Origin: a bacterium
Lineage (GTDB): Bacteria; UBA8248
Assembly: GCA_965261085.1 (NCBI GenBank)
Contig: OZ253442.1
Coordinates: 3,680,001-3,744,000 of the forward strand
Direction of reading: 5' to 3'
Length of the DNA stretch: 64,000 nt
Shown in pieces: positions 19,860 to 30,000 of the stretch. A program made the translations under genes and the position numbers. Every line of letters begins with the position of its first letter. Positions within the stretch are counted from its first letter, which is position 1. The notes beneath the pieces were generated by a model. The model worked only from the letters and a program-made list of their open reading frames with translations. It was not told where the DNA came from and made no database searches.

Positions 19860-20732
19860 TCAGCGATTGAGGACTTGCTTCCAGTTATTTCTGAGCGGCC
19901 GCAACCAGACGTCCTTTTTGGGCTTGTCGTAGCGTCTGTCCCTGTCGTAGCGTCCACGACCCTGGGTGGTTCCGACGTGAATCCATCCCGATGCCCTGTA
20001 GACGGCGCCGGTATAGCGGGGCGTCTCGACGAAGGTCTCGATGAGCACGGGGGTGACGCCATAGCGCTCGGTCCAGTCTCCGGGCAGGCGACGGCGGATG
20101 ATGGCGAGGAGGTGGGAGCCGAGGTTGGGGATTTTGATCCATGGCAGGATGAGGAACCTCGGGTTGTCGACCACGAGGGGGAGGTTCTTCTCGCGCAGCC
20201 CGGACGTCCAGCCGATGAAGGCATCGCGCGGGGCGAGCTTCCATGCGGCGGTGGAGAAGCCGAGCATGGCGAGGGGCCTGCCGTCGCAGTCGTGGACGGC
20301 GTAGCGCATCTGTGCGCCGACGAGGGTCTTGTAGCCCAGGTAATGGTAACGGGCGACGAACTCGTTCCAGAGCTTGCCCTCGCGGGTTCCGCGCACGACG
20401 ATGCGCATATCGAGGGGACGTACCTCATCGAGGGTCTCAGGCGCCGGGATGAGGGGCGCTTCGGTGTCGGGTCCGAAGATGATTGGTCCGGGCCGGTTCT
20501 GACGCCACTTCGGAGGCGGCAGCGTGATCAGGCCGTCCTTGTGCATGGCGAGCATGGTCACCCGGGCCATCATGTCCTTGAGTCCGCCGTCGGGCTTGAA
20601 CCAGCCGATGCGGCGGCAGAACTCCTTCGAGAGCGCATGGCGGTTGAGCGCAGGAGGACCGGCGATCAGCGCGCGCAGCAGCGCCATCTCTTCCGTCGTG
20701 AAGTCGCGTCCGTAGTAGCGGCACTCGGTCAC
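19860..20732 (-). CDS. DUF4338 (Druantia DruA-like) protein
   Basis: YHYLGY, RDAFIGW, RFLILPW, NLGSHLL, DW..RYG..P.LIETFV, YTGAVYRASGW..VG.TQG.GR. Confidence 0.85.
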   Translation of the reverse strand: MTECRYYGRDFTTEEMALLRALIAGPPALNRHALSKEFCRRIGWFKPDGGLKDMMARVTMLAMHKDGLITLPPPKWRQNRPGPIIFGPDTEAPLIPAPETLDEVRPLDMRIVVRGTREGKLWNEFVARYHYLGYKTLVGAQMRYAVHDCDGRPLAMLGFSTAAWKLAPRDAFIGWTSGLREKNLPLVVDNPRFLILPWIKIPNLGSHLLAIIRRRLPGDWTERYGVTPVLIETFVETPRYTGAVYRASGWIHVGTTQGRGRYDRDRRYDKPKKDVWLRPLRNNWKQVLNR

Positions 20733-20736
20733 GGCG

Positions 20737-23066
20737 TCATCCCGGCGCCATGAGGGCGCGCCTGCGTTGTGCGTCCATTGACCAGGGCAGCCACGCGGAG
20801 AGGTCCCCGGGCGCCCGGCCGCCGTTCTCCGCGCAGGCGGTGAGCCATGCCTCCAGCCAGCGGAGAGGGTCGATGCCGTTCGAGGAGAGTGTACCGAGGA
20901 CCGAGTACATCATCGCCGTAAACCGGGCGCCGGCCTCGCTGTCGGAGCCGAACGAGAGTCGCCTGCCGATTACTGGACCCCTGAGCACTCTCTCTGATTG
21001 ATTATTATCCATCGGTACCGAGGGGCGCTCGAGGAATACGCTCAGCCCCTCGCGATGGTTCAGCAGCGAGCGAAGCGCCTTGCCCTCGGGCGCCTGCGCC
21101 GGCAGGGCGGCGAGTTCCCTCCGGGCCTGCGCGAACAGGCTCTCGAGCGCCTTCCTGAGCGCAGCCTGCGCTACGCCGAACGCCGCGCCCTGGCGTTCGG
21201 CGCCCGGGTCGTAACGGGCCAGGCGCGCCTCGTTCAGGCGGTAGAGCTGCGCGATCCGCCCGATCCATCTCTCGCACCATGGCGTCAGCCGCTCCTCTCC
21301 TGCGGCGCAGTGGATATAATCGCGGCGTTGATGCGCCCAGCACCATGCGAGAGTGACCAGACCCCCGGGAATGCGCGCCAGCTTCTTGTAGGCGCTGTAG
21401 CGGTCGCAGACGAGGACCGTATGGCGGCCGGCCGCGCCGAACAGCTTCATCGCGACTTCCGCGCTCCGCGAGGGGTCGACGTGGAAGTAGACGGCGTCCG
21501 TGCTTACCGATGTCCACAGCCAGGCGCGGCTCGAGCGTCCTTGCTCGCGAAGCGACTGGACGCGCCACGTCGTCTCGTCCCCGTGGCGCACCGCCGCCTC
21601 GTTCTGGCGGGCGAGGATCGCGGCAGCCACCGGATCGAACAGGGGTGTGAAGCGGTGCGCGCCGCCGGCCAGCGTCCCTGCGGAGACAGGAAGCCCCTGG
21701 TCGGAGAGCCACGCGGCGACCCGGCGCAGCGGGCGGAAGCAGGCGTAGCGCTCGAACAGGAAGCGCGCCCACACGCTCGTCCCGAAGGACGTGCCCGCGA
21801 ACAGGCGCGGCGCGGGCGGCGCCGACACTTCGGTGGGAGACGACGCGCATTCGCACCCCCGGCGCCACCTCGGACGGCGGATGACGCGCCTGTGAGCCGA
21901 GACTTCGATCTCGACGATGCTCGATACACGGGCGCCGTTCGCCACGTAGGGCTTCCCGCAACCGGCGCAGACGCGCGCACCGGCCGCGGGTTGCGCACTT
22001 CGGTCCTCTCATCGAGCGCGGGCCGTGGGGTGCGGCCATGGCCCCGGGCGCCGGGCTGCCCGCCGCGTCTTCGCTCCGAGCGCGGCCTCTCCTGCCGCTC
22101 GCTCCCGCGCCCGAACAGCCTCCTCGCCAGCACCGCTCCGGTGGCGCGCAGCTTCCCGAGCTCGGCCTCCAGACGCGCTTGGCGGGCCTCCGACTTGCGA
22201 AGCGCACGGCACAACCGCGCGTTCTCCCTGGACAGGGACCCGAGCGCCGTCTTCTGACGCCGCGACCTCCCCAGGGCCTTGCGCAGTTCCGCGTCCGCAC
22301 GCGACGGCGACCTCGAGCGCGCCGCCTCGCGCGCGCGCAGCAACCGCGCCTTCAGCCGTTCGGTCGCAATGCCTGCGGCTCCCAGGGAGACTTTAAGACG
22401 GTAGACCTCCGCGGACAACGACTTGACCACCTCCGCCTGGTCGCGCAATCGCCGCAACCTCCTGTAGAGCCCGATGGTCTCCTCGTCCAGGCTCCGGATG
22501 GTCTCTTTGTGAGCCGCCGACTTCTGCTTCTCCCGGGCCAGTCGTTCCTCCAGCCGGGCGACCTCCTTCTCCCGCCAGCCGATCTCCTTGCGCTCCTCCA
22601 GGGCCTTGCGCACCCGCCCCGCCTCCCCCGGCGACGGCACGCCCGAGAGCTCCTTGCGAAGCCGGACGACCTCCATGCGCAGCGACATGAGCGGGCTGCG
22701 CTTGCGCGGCTCGACTCCCGCTTCCGCGAGTAGCTTCTCCAGCCGCGCCACTTCCGCCTTGAGCGACAGCGCGTCCTTCGCCGCGCGGCGGGCTTCCTTC
22801 GCTTCCCCGGCGGCCTCCTTGAGCTTCTTCCGGCAGACGTCGAGCTGCCGCTTCAGCCTACCCGCACGGGCGCGGGAATCCACTTCCGCCCACCGTAACT
22901 CCTCGCCGCGCGCCTCCGCCGCCTCCGCGCGCGCACGCTCGCGCTCGTACAGCGAACGCCAGTACGCCTCTCCGGTTGTGGACAACTCGGGGGGATGAGG
23001 CCATCGGCCATCCGGCTTCTCGACCAACGCCGGCTCCGTCTCGACAGCTTCTGTCCAAATCTTCAT
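20737..23066 (-). pseudogene. IS66 transposase (TnpC-like), frameshifted near 21985
   Basis: Coiled-coil N-terminus with RRLFGRGSER, then a frame change into C..CGKPY zinc ribbon, HGDETTW, LVCDRYSAY, CWAHQRR, PMDNNQSERVLR. Confidence 0.85.
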
Positions 23067-23593
23067 GCCGACATGGTTACCACATGTCGAATCTCGTTAC
23101 CAGCCCCTTACGGGAATATCTTCGAATATCCGGGATGAGAAAGGCGGGCCATCACCTTGCCGCCGAACGGTTACTTGTCGCCGGCCCTGTCAGAACGTCC
23201 TCCAAAATCCGGCTCGCAACGGCTTGATAGCGGTCATCCTCGGCGCCACGAGACGTTCATTCAAGAACCATCGGTCCGCTCCCCCAGTGTAGGCGACTAC
23301 AGCAACGTCGAACTTCTGAGCGCGGTCCGCAGCGGAGCACGCCCCGCCTGAATACATGAAGTCGCCGTGTTCCCTGATCATCGAGTCCCCGAACGGGCCA
23401 TGGAGCGGCACGTGGATATCCCGGGGAAAAACTCTACCCTAAATCGAATACCTTGGGTCCGCGCTTTGGCGCGTACGTCTTCCATGTTCATTATTTCTTC
23501 AATCAAGAATTCGTGAGCCGGCGGGCCGATGGGTCGAGCCGAATACAAAACCACATATAAAGTCGCCGATGTATCCGCTAATCCGGAAACACA

Positions 23594-24196
23594 TCAAGAC
23601 GAGCATCTATTCACTAAATTTCCCCTCAAGCGATACGTTCTTAAAATTTTCGTTCCAATTTTTTCGGTTTTTTCGCTGGTGGAAATTCTCCAGCCAACAC
23701 ATTCCATCGGGATGGAATGACGAGAAAGGAATGCGCTGCATTGGGCTTCGGCCTTGAACAAGGGATACCTTGAATCACGAAATCTTCGATATTTCTTTTT
23801 TGATAATTCGTTGTACAAGTCGTTCAAACAACGGACGCGTTTCAGCGCTTCATTACGCCCCAATTTTTGTGGAACAGGTTTTTTAACATTCGAATTGCCG
23901 AGGTTGCCAAAAAATTTATCCAAGCTCATCCCAAGTTGTTGATTCCAGCTTTCCCCCTTCAGCATCTGCTCAGGGTCGGTATAATAATCGATAACCGCGG
24001 CCACCTTCGCGTCTTCGTCATATGCTCCCCATGCTATCACCGATGCCCGCATCAAGACTCCCGGAGATTTCCGGTATTCCTGCTTGGTGAACCCCAGATG
24101 CCGGATTCTGAACCGTTCTTCCATCAAGCTATTAACCGCTCCACAAGCGGAAAGCGTGAACATACATATGATTGAAGTCGTCAGAATTTTCAACAT
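23594..24196 (-). CDS. Hypothetical lipoprotein
   Basis: Signal peptide with lipobox LSAC; AAGGA RBS. Confidence 0.55.
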   Translation of the reverse strand: MLKILTTSIICMFTLSACGAVNSLMEERFRIRHLGFTKQEYRKSPGVLMRASVIAWGAYDEDAKVAAVIDYYTDPEQMLKGESWNQQLGMSLDKFFGNLGNSNVKKPVPQKLGRNEALKRVRCLNDLYNELSKKKYRRFRDSRYPLFKAEAQCSAFLSRHSIPMECVGWRISTSEKTEKIGTKILRTYRLRGNLVNRCSS

Positions 24197-24434
24197 TGTA
24201 AATTCCTTCATGGTGGTTGTGTTGGGGAAGAGGCGAAATTTCAACAAACCGCGGGCCGATGGCCAAAGATGTTTCGGTTACTATAGCTCAGCGTCTCACT
24301 CTCCTCCAAGGCAACAAGGATAGTGATGAAAATACGTTATATCGAAACTCCCTGGAGCCGAGGTGGATGAGTTTTGCGCCGTATATTCGTCCAGCTTTTC
24401 AAATAGAGGCGCTTTCGCTGGGCTTGATCGCTAG

Positions 24435-24459
24435 AAGGGCAGCCGTGCGGGCTGCCCTT
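24435..24459. terminator. Hairpin downstream of the lipoprotein gene 24494-25849
   Basis: AAGGGCAGCC-GTGCG-GGCTGCCCTT perfect stem. Confidence 0.6.
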
Positions 24460-24493
24460 CTGTTGTTACGTTGGTGCTGTTATGGGGACGTGC

Positions 24494-25849
24494 CTATTGC
24501 TTATACGCCCCGTAGGCGCCCAGAAAACCCTCGCTTCCATCCGCTGTGGCGGCGCCGAACGTCCCGGCGACCGACCCCGGTTTGCCGTCAGTCTCACTGT
24601 TGCCGTAGAACTGGCCGCCCCACTTGCCTGTGAAGTTGCTTCCACCAACAACATCCATTCTGGTGTCTCCCGTGAAGAACCCGCTATTCAAACTCCCGAT
24701 ATTGGCGCTGTCCAGGGTCAATTCCGGGTTTCCTGAGACGGTGAGGCCCTCTACGTCGAAGTTATGGATACGTCCTCTAATCGTTCCCAACTCGCTGCCG
24801 TTGCCGAAGTTGGCCATTAGGGTGACGCTGGCGTCAAAGAAGTAATTTCTTCCTTCCTCCGCATCCGCGTACACTCCGGTGGCGCCGTCGGGAAGAGAAT
24901 ACGTGACGGTCCCCGTCACACCCACCAGGTTGTTCTGCTGGAACGGATCGCTGCCGTCGACAAAGGCTCCGTATTCGTAGTCATCGAGACTGGATGCGTT
25001 ATCCGGCGAATACACCCATATGCCTCCTGCCAGATAGTCGGTGTCTCCGCCACCCTCATGATCCGTGTATACATCGATCCAGATGTCTCCGGGTGCGAGA
25101 CCGAGTTGCGCCGCATCTGCTTGCCCCAGACTCCGATAAAACTCGACGCCGCCAGACACCCGCTCATGCAACCGCGTTCCCTTGGGTCGGTCAAGCACAT
25201 CTTCCACATTTATTTCCGGTGTTCCGTTTGCGGTGCTGACTACTTCCATGCCGTTGTAGGATAAGACGTAGGTTTGCTGTCCGGCAGTACCGCTAACTTC
25301 GATGTTGACGGAATCGGTCGTAACGCCGCTCGCATCGGCGTCCGAGGACTGCGTTACGCTGCCCGCCTTCGGCGTGTTTCGCGCGGCTGCCGCGATTTGG
25401 AGTTGAACTATATTGGCGGTGGTTGCCTCGATAGTGGGAGCGTTATTACCATTTGATGGCGTCATCGCGACACCGGGAAGGGCTGTGACTTCCCAGTCCC
25501 CGGCACTGTTCTTTCTTGCAGAAAAATTATTGGCTGTAATGCTGTTGCCACTACAAATACTTCCGCCCAAACAGCCCCGCCCATTGGCATCTACTGAAAA
25601 GGTGAAGCTGTTACCGGGACTTTCATGGCTGCAAGATTGACCCGCGGACAGAGTACCACCCACCATACAGGCTGTCGGCGTCATCATGTCAGAGCCGCCG
25701 GGCGTCTGTGGCGTTTCTCCAGGTGTTTGTGGTGGTGTCGGCATCGACCCACTCGACGCCGATTTGGTATCCCCACCACCACAGCCGGATAATACCACTG
25801 CAGTTATTGCGGCTATCATAAACATGAAAAACCAGTTTCTCTTCAGCAT
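24494..25849 (-). CDS. Surface lipoprotein with C-terminal TbpB/Slam-substrate-like beta-barrel
   Basis: Lipobox LSGC followed by GGG, Pro/Thr linker, C-terminal FTGKWGGQFYG...GSVAGTFGA. Confidence 0.7.
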   Translation of the reverse strand: MLKRNWFFMFMIAAITAVVLSGCGGGDTKSASSGSMPTPPQTPGETPQTPGGSDMMTPTACMVGGTLSAGQSCSHESPGNSFTFSVDANGRGCLGGSICSGNSITANNFSARKNSAGDWEVTALPGVAMTPSNGNNAPTIEATTANIVQLQIAAAARNTPKAGSVTQSSDADASGVTTDSVNIEVSGTAGQQTYVLSYNGMEVVSTANGTPEINVEDVLDRPKGTRLHERVSGGVEFYRSLGQADAAQLGLAPGDIWIDVYTDHEGGGDTDYLAGGIWVYSPDNASSLDDYEYGAFVDGSDPFQQNNLVGVTGTVTYSLPDGATGVYADAEEGRNYFFDASVTLMANFGNGSELGTIRGRIHNFDVEGLTVSGNPELTLDSANIGSLNSGFFTGDTRMDVVGGSNFTGKWGGQFYGNSETDGKPGSVAGTFGAATADGSEGFLGAYGAYKQ

Positions 25850-26664
25850 TGTTATTTGCTCCTCTTTTCCAGGTAGAAGAATTACAAGAATATACCCCGT
25901 GAAGTCACAGAAGCTCTGGACGGGGCATCCCATTGGAGTGAACTTTCTGTTCTGCGTGTTCAGGTCGACTACCAATACTTAACGTATAGGAAAGCGTGAG
26001 CTTCTTCGTGCCCCCAGATTTAGGGGGATTCAGCGAATTTTTCGCCCGTTTAGAGGAGGAAAGGCGTTTTTAGCGCAGGTGAGATTCTTTTATCCTGTTG
26101 ATATTATCATGAATATTCATTTCTTCCAATCTCATCCGGAATCCGCCTTCCGCAATATGCAATCAAAACGAAAGCGGGCGAATTCAAACTCCTGCGCATC
26201 CCGGCGGGTCCGATTCGCCGGAACCATCCCGTCTCCTCTACCACCCGCACTACGCAACCGCGCCTCCGTCCTGTTTCGCCTTTCGCCGTCGCCTCGCGTA
26301 GCGCCGTGTTCCTGCGTCTTGGGGGCTTCGACATCTCATGTCTCCTCCCCTCGCCTGCGGCCGCCGGGCTTCGTTTCCGGCTGTATGGGGTCGTGAAACG
26401 CCACCCCGCAAGGGCCCTGTATTTGCACAAATTTAATTATCCCTAGCCCAAAAATTTCCCGTTTCACAAGGTGTGTCCGAATCGTTTATCCTGGATAGTG
26501 ATCAGACTTTGGCTAGGAGGCGCCAGGTTCCGTACCACGGGCCGGCTCCGTATCGTTCGACTTGGTCGTACGGGCCCGTGCGGGATTTATGGGACGCCTC
26601 ATGAAACGAAAGAAAGAAGAGGGAACGAATGGGATCTCGAGGGAAGTGGGCGAGAGGCCTGAAA

Positions 26665-26693
26665 TTGCGTGAGACGCCGGGTCCTAGTATACT
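26665..26693 (+). promoter_or_regulatory. Sigma70-type promoter TTGCGT-17-TATACT for the adhesin gene
   Basis: Exact 17-bp spacing; predicted TSS about 26700, at the start of the VNTR. Confidence 0.65.
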
Positions 26694-26697
26694 GAGG

Positions 26698-26887
26698 GCC
26701 TCAAGCCTCAAGCCTCAAGCCTCAAGCCTCAAGCCTCAAGCCTCAAGCCTCAAGCCTCAAGCCTCAAGCCTCAAGCCTCAAGCCTCAAGCCTCAAGCCTC
26801 AAGCCTCAAGCCTCAAGCCTCAAGCCTCAAGCCTCAAGCCTCAAGCCTCAAGCCTCAAGCCTCAAGCCTCAAGCCTCAAGCCTCAAG
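26698..26887. repeat. Perfect heptamer tandem repeat (GCCTCAA)27
   Basis: 189 bp of uninterrupted units plus 1 nt. Confidence 0.97.
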
Positions 26888-27093
26888 AATAGATCGGGCG
26901 TCCGGTCGGCGCCTTCACCCCCCCGGGGGGGTGCGCCTTTTCGGGCGCAGATGCGCCCGAAAGCGAGCATTCCCGCCTGGCGGCGAATATCAACGAATCC
27001 CCCACCGACAAGCATGAGTCATGGACGACCCGGACGCCGGTCTTGCGTCCGGACCGGTGCGGCGGCGCACCACATGAAAGGAAAGGTGAGACA

Positions 27094-30000
27094 ATGACGG
27101 CATCCGTGAAAGCTTCGTCTCCAGGGAACGACGGTTCAAGGGCGCATCACGGCTCCCCTTCCGGACTCCGGCGCCGCATGGCGGGCGGGTTCCTCCGCTC
27201 CGCACGCGCGCTCGCCGCAGCTGCGCTGCTCTTGCTCTCCGGCGGCCTCGCCCTGCCGGCCCCGGCCCAGGCGCAGACCGTCACGACGCTGGTTTCGAAC
27301 ACCGGCCAGTCGACGTCGGGTTCTGTGGCATCGATCGGAGCGCAACCGTTCACGACGGGGAGCGCCGCAGTCCTTACCAGTGTCGGTTTCTTTTTGATCA
27401 ACAATGTCAGTTTGGACGTTGGTGACATTCGGGTTCGCATCCTACAGGACAATTCCGGCAGCCCTGGCACGGCGTTGGTCACGCTGTCAAATCCCACGGC
27501 GCTAGAGGACAATGGCATCAACACCTTCACGGCGCCGTCAGGCACGAACCTGGCTGCCAGTACGACGTACTATGTGGAGGTGTCGATGACCGATGGTACG
27601 AATGGCGTTCCCTACAATCGGACGAGATCGCCATCAGAAGACGCCGGCGGTGCGACCGGTTGGGAAATCGGCAATACCCGATACTTCAAGAACAACAAAA
27701 CCGACCCTTGGGCCACTTCCACCAACTTAATGCTGATCGCCATCAAGGGCTACGAGGTGGGCGGCACGCCGTCAACGGACGCGACGCTGAGCGGGCTGAC
27801 GGTGACCGCCGGCGGCACGGACCTGGTGACCTTCGCGTCGGGCACCACCGACTACACGCCGATGGTGGCGAACGACGTCGACGAGGTGACGGTGACGGCG
27901 ATGACGACCGATTCCGGGGCGACGATCGAATACCTGGACGCGTCCGACATGACGCTCGACGACGCGGACACCGGGGTGACCGATCTCCAGGTGGCGCTGG
28001 CGGTGGGCGACACCGTCATCAAGGTGAAGGTGACGGCCGAGGACGGCAACGCCACCCAGACCTACATGGTGACGGTGACCCGGGCGGCGGCCATGACCCC
28101 GACCTGCACGCTGAACACCGGCGACCTCTGGTGCGGCGTGGTGACGGTGGGGGAGATAGCTTCCGGGGGCCATGGATTCGTCTCGATTTCGGGTGGGAAT
28201 GTGGGCGACTTGACCGACAACTCGGGCGACCGGTCGTTCACAATTGGAACGTCACAGTACGTTGTATATCGGGTTGCAGTTTCGTCATTCGGGCTGAGTT
28301 TCGCTGTTACTCGGACGACCGCCGGCGGTGTCCAAAGCCCTGGCCTGCTCGATGACGACCGCGCGAAGCTGCATCTGCATGTCGACGGCCACAGCGCCTC
28401 GTTCGCGTTCAGTGATGTAGTGCTTAGTGGCAGTCTCGGCTACGAGTGGAGCGGCGCCAGCCTGGATTGGTCGTCGACGGGTTCGGTCACGGTGCGGCTG
28501 CGCGAGGTGGCGGCGCTCTCGTCGGACGCGACGCTGAGCGCGCTGACGGTGACCGCCGGCGGCACGGACCTGGTGACCTTCGCGTCGGGCACCACCGACT
28601 ACACGCCGATGGTGGCGAACGACGTCGACGAGGTGACGGTGACGGCGATGACGACCGATTCCGGGGCGACGATTGAATACCTGGACGGGGACGACGCGAC
28701 GCTCACCGACGCCGACACCTCGGATCCCGGCCACCAGGTGGCGCTGGCGGTGGGCGACGACACCGTCATCAAGGTGAAGGTGACGGCCGAGGACGGCAAC
28801 GCCACCCAGACCTACATGGTGACGGTGAGCCGGGCGGCCCCGACCTGCACGCTGAACACCGGCGACGGCGACATCTGGTGCGGCGTGGTTACGGTGGAGG
28901 CATACACCTCATTCGGGTTGACCAATACATACGGATTCGTGATTGCCCCACTTGGTGCGGGTGCCCTGTCCGACACCGGGTTCAGTGTCGGAACAAACCC
29001 TTACACGATTGACTATGTCACAGTAAATTCAACTTCCGGCGACTTGAGTTTCAGTCTAACCAGCGCCCTAACCGCAACCGATAAGGAACAGCTGGTGCTG
29101 CATGTGGACAGCGCCTCGTTTGCGTTCAGCGATGCGAGCTTTGTTGATGCTAGCGATACCTACAAATGGAGCGGCTCCGGCCTGGACTGGTCCTCGGAGG
29201 ACTACGTCACGCTGCGACTGCGGGAGGCGGCCGCCTCGACGGACGCGACGCTGAGCGATCTGGTCGTCAACGACGGCACCACCGACCTGACGCTGACGCC
29301 GACCTTCGCATCGGGCATGTACACCTACACGGCGTCGGTGGCGAGCACCGTTGCCGAGGTGACGGTGACGCCGACGAAGAGCGACACCAACGCGACGATC
29401 GAATATCTGGACGGGAGCGACATGACGCTCACCGACGCCAACACCACGGATGCCGGCCATCAGGTGGCGGTGGCGGAGGGCGACACCGTCATCAAGGTGA
29501 AGGTGACGGCCGAGGACGGCAACGCCACCCAGACCTACGTGGTGACGGTGAAGCGGGCGGCGGCGGACGCCTCGACGGACGCGACGCTGAGCGATCTGGT
29601 CGTCAACGACGGCAACATGGACCTGACGCTGACGCCGACCTTCGCATCGAGCAAGTACACCTACACGGCGATGGTGGCGAACACCGTCACCGAGGTGACG
29701 GTGACGCCGACGAAGAACGATTCCGGCGCGACGATCGAATATCTGGACGCGAGTAACATGACGCTCACCGACGCCGACACCGGGGCGACCGGCCACCAGG
29801 TGGCGGTGGCGGTGGGCGACACCATCATCGAGGTGAAGGTGACGGCCGAGGACGGTGACACCACCCAGACCTACACGGTGACGGTGAACCGGGCGGCGGC
29901 CATGCCCCCGACCTGCACGCTGAACACCGGCGACCTCTGGTGCGGCGTGGTCGCGGTGGGGCAGGTCCAGCTTCCCGATAGAGGAGTGATTGAATACGGA

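Larger units (their letters stand above)
19826..23174 (-). mobile_element. IS66-family element (no tnpA/tnpB, ISBst12-like) with DUF4338 passenger
   Basis: Perfect 15-bp TIR GTAACCGTTCGGCGG/CCGCCGAACGGTTAC; 8-bp TSD TTGTCGCC at 19818-19825 and 23175-23182. Confidence 0.93.

Noticed and set aside
21960-22000. Programmed frameshift in the IS66 transposase
   Set aside because: No slippery A-run or heptamer; it looks like a 1-bp deletion in CCGCCG or a sequencing error.
26629-26892. ORF with SLKPQAS repeats, or a CRISPR-like array
   Set aside because: It is only the translation of a 7-bp VNTR; there are no spacers and no cas genes.
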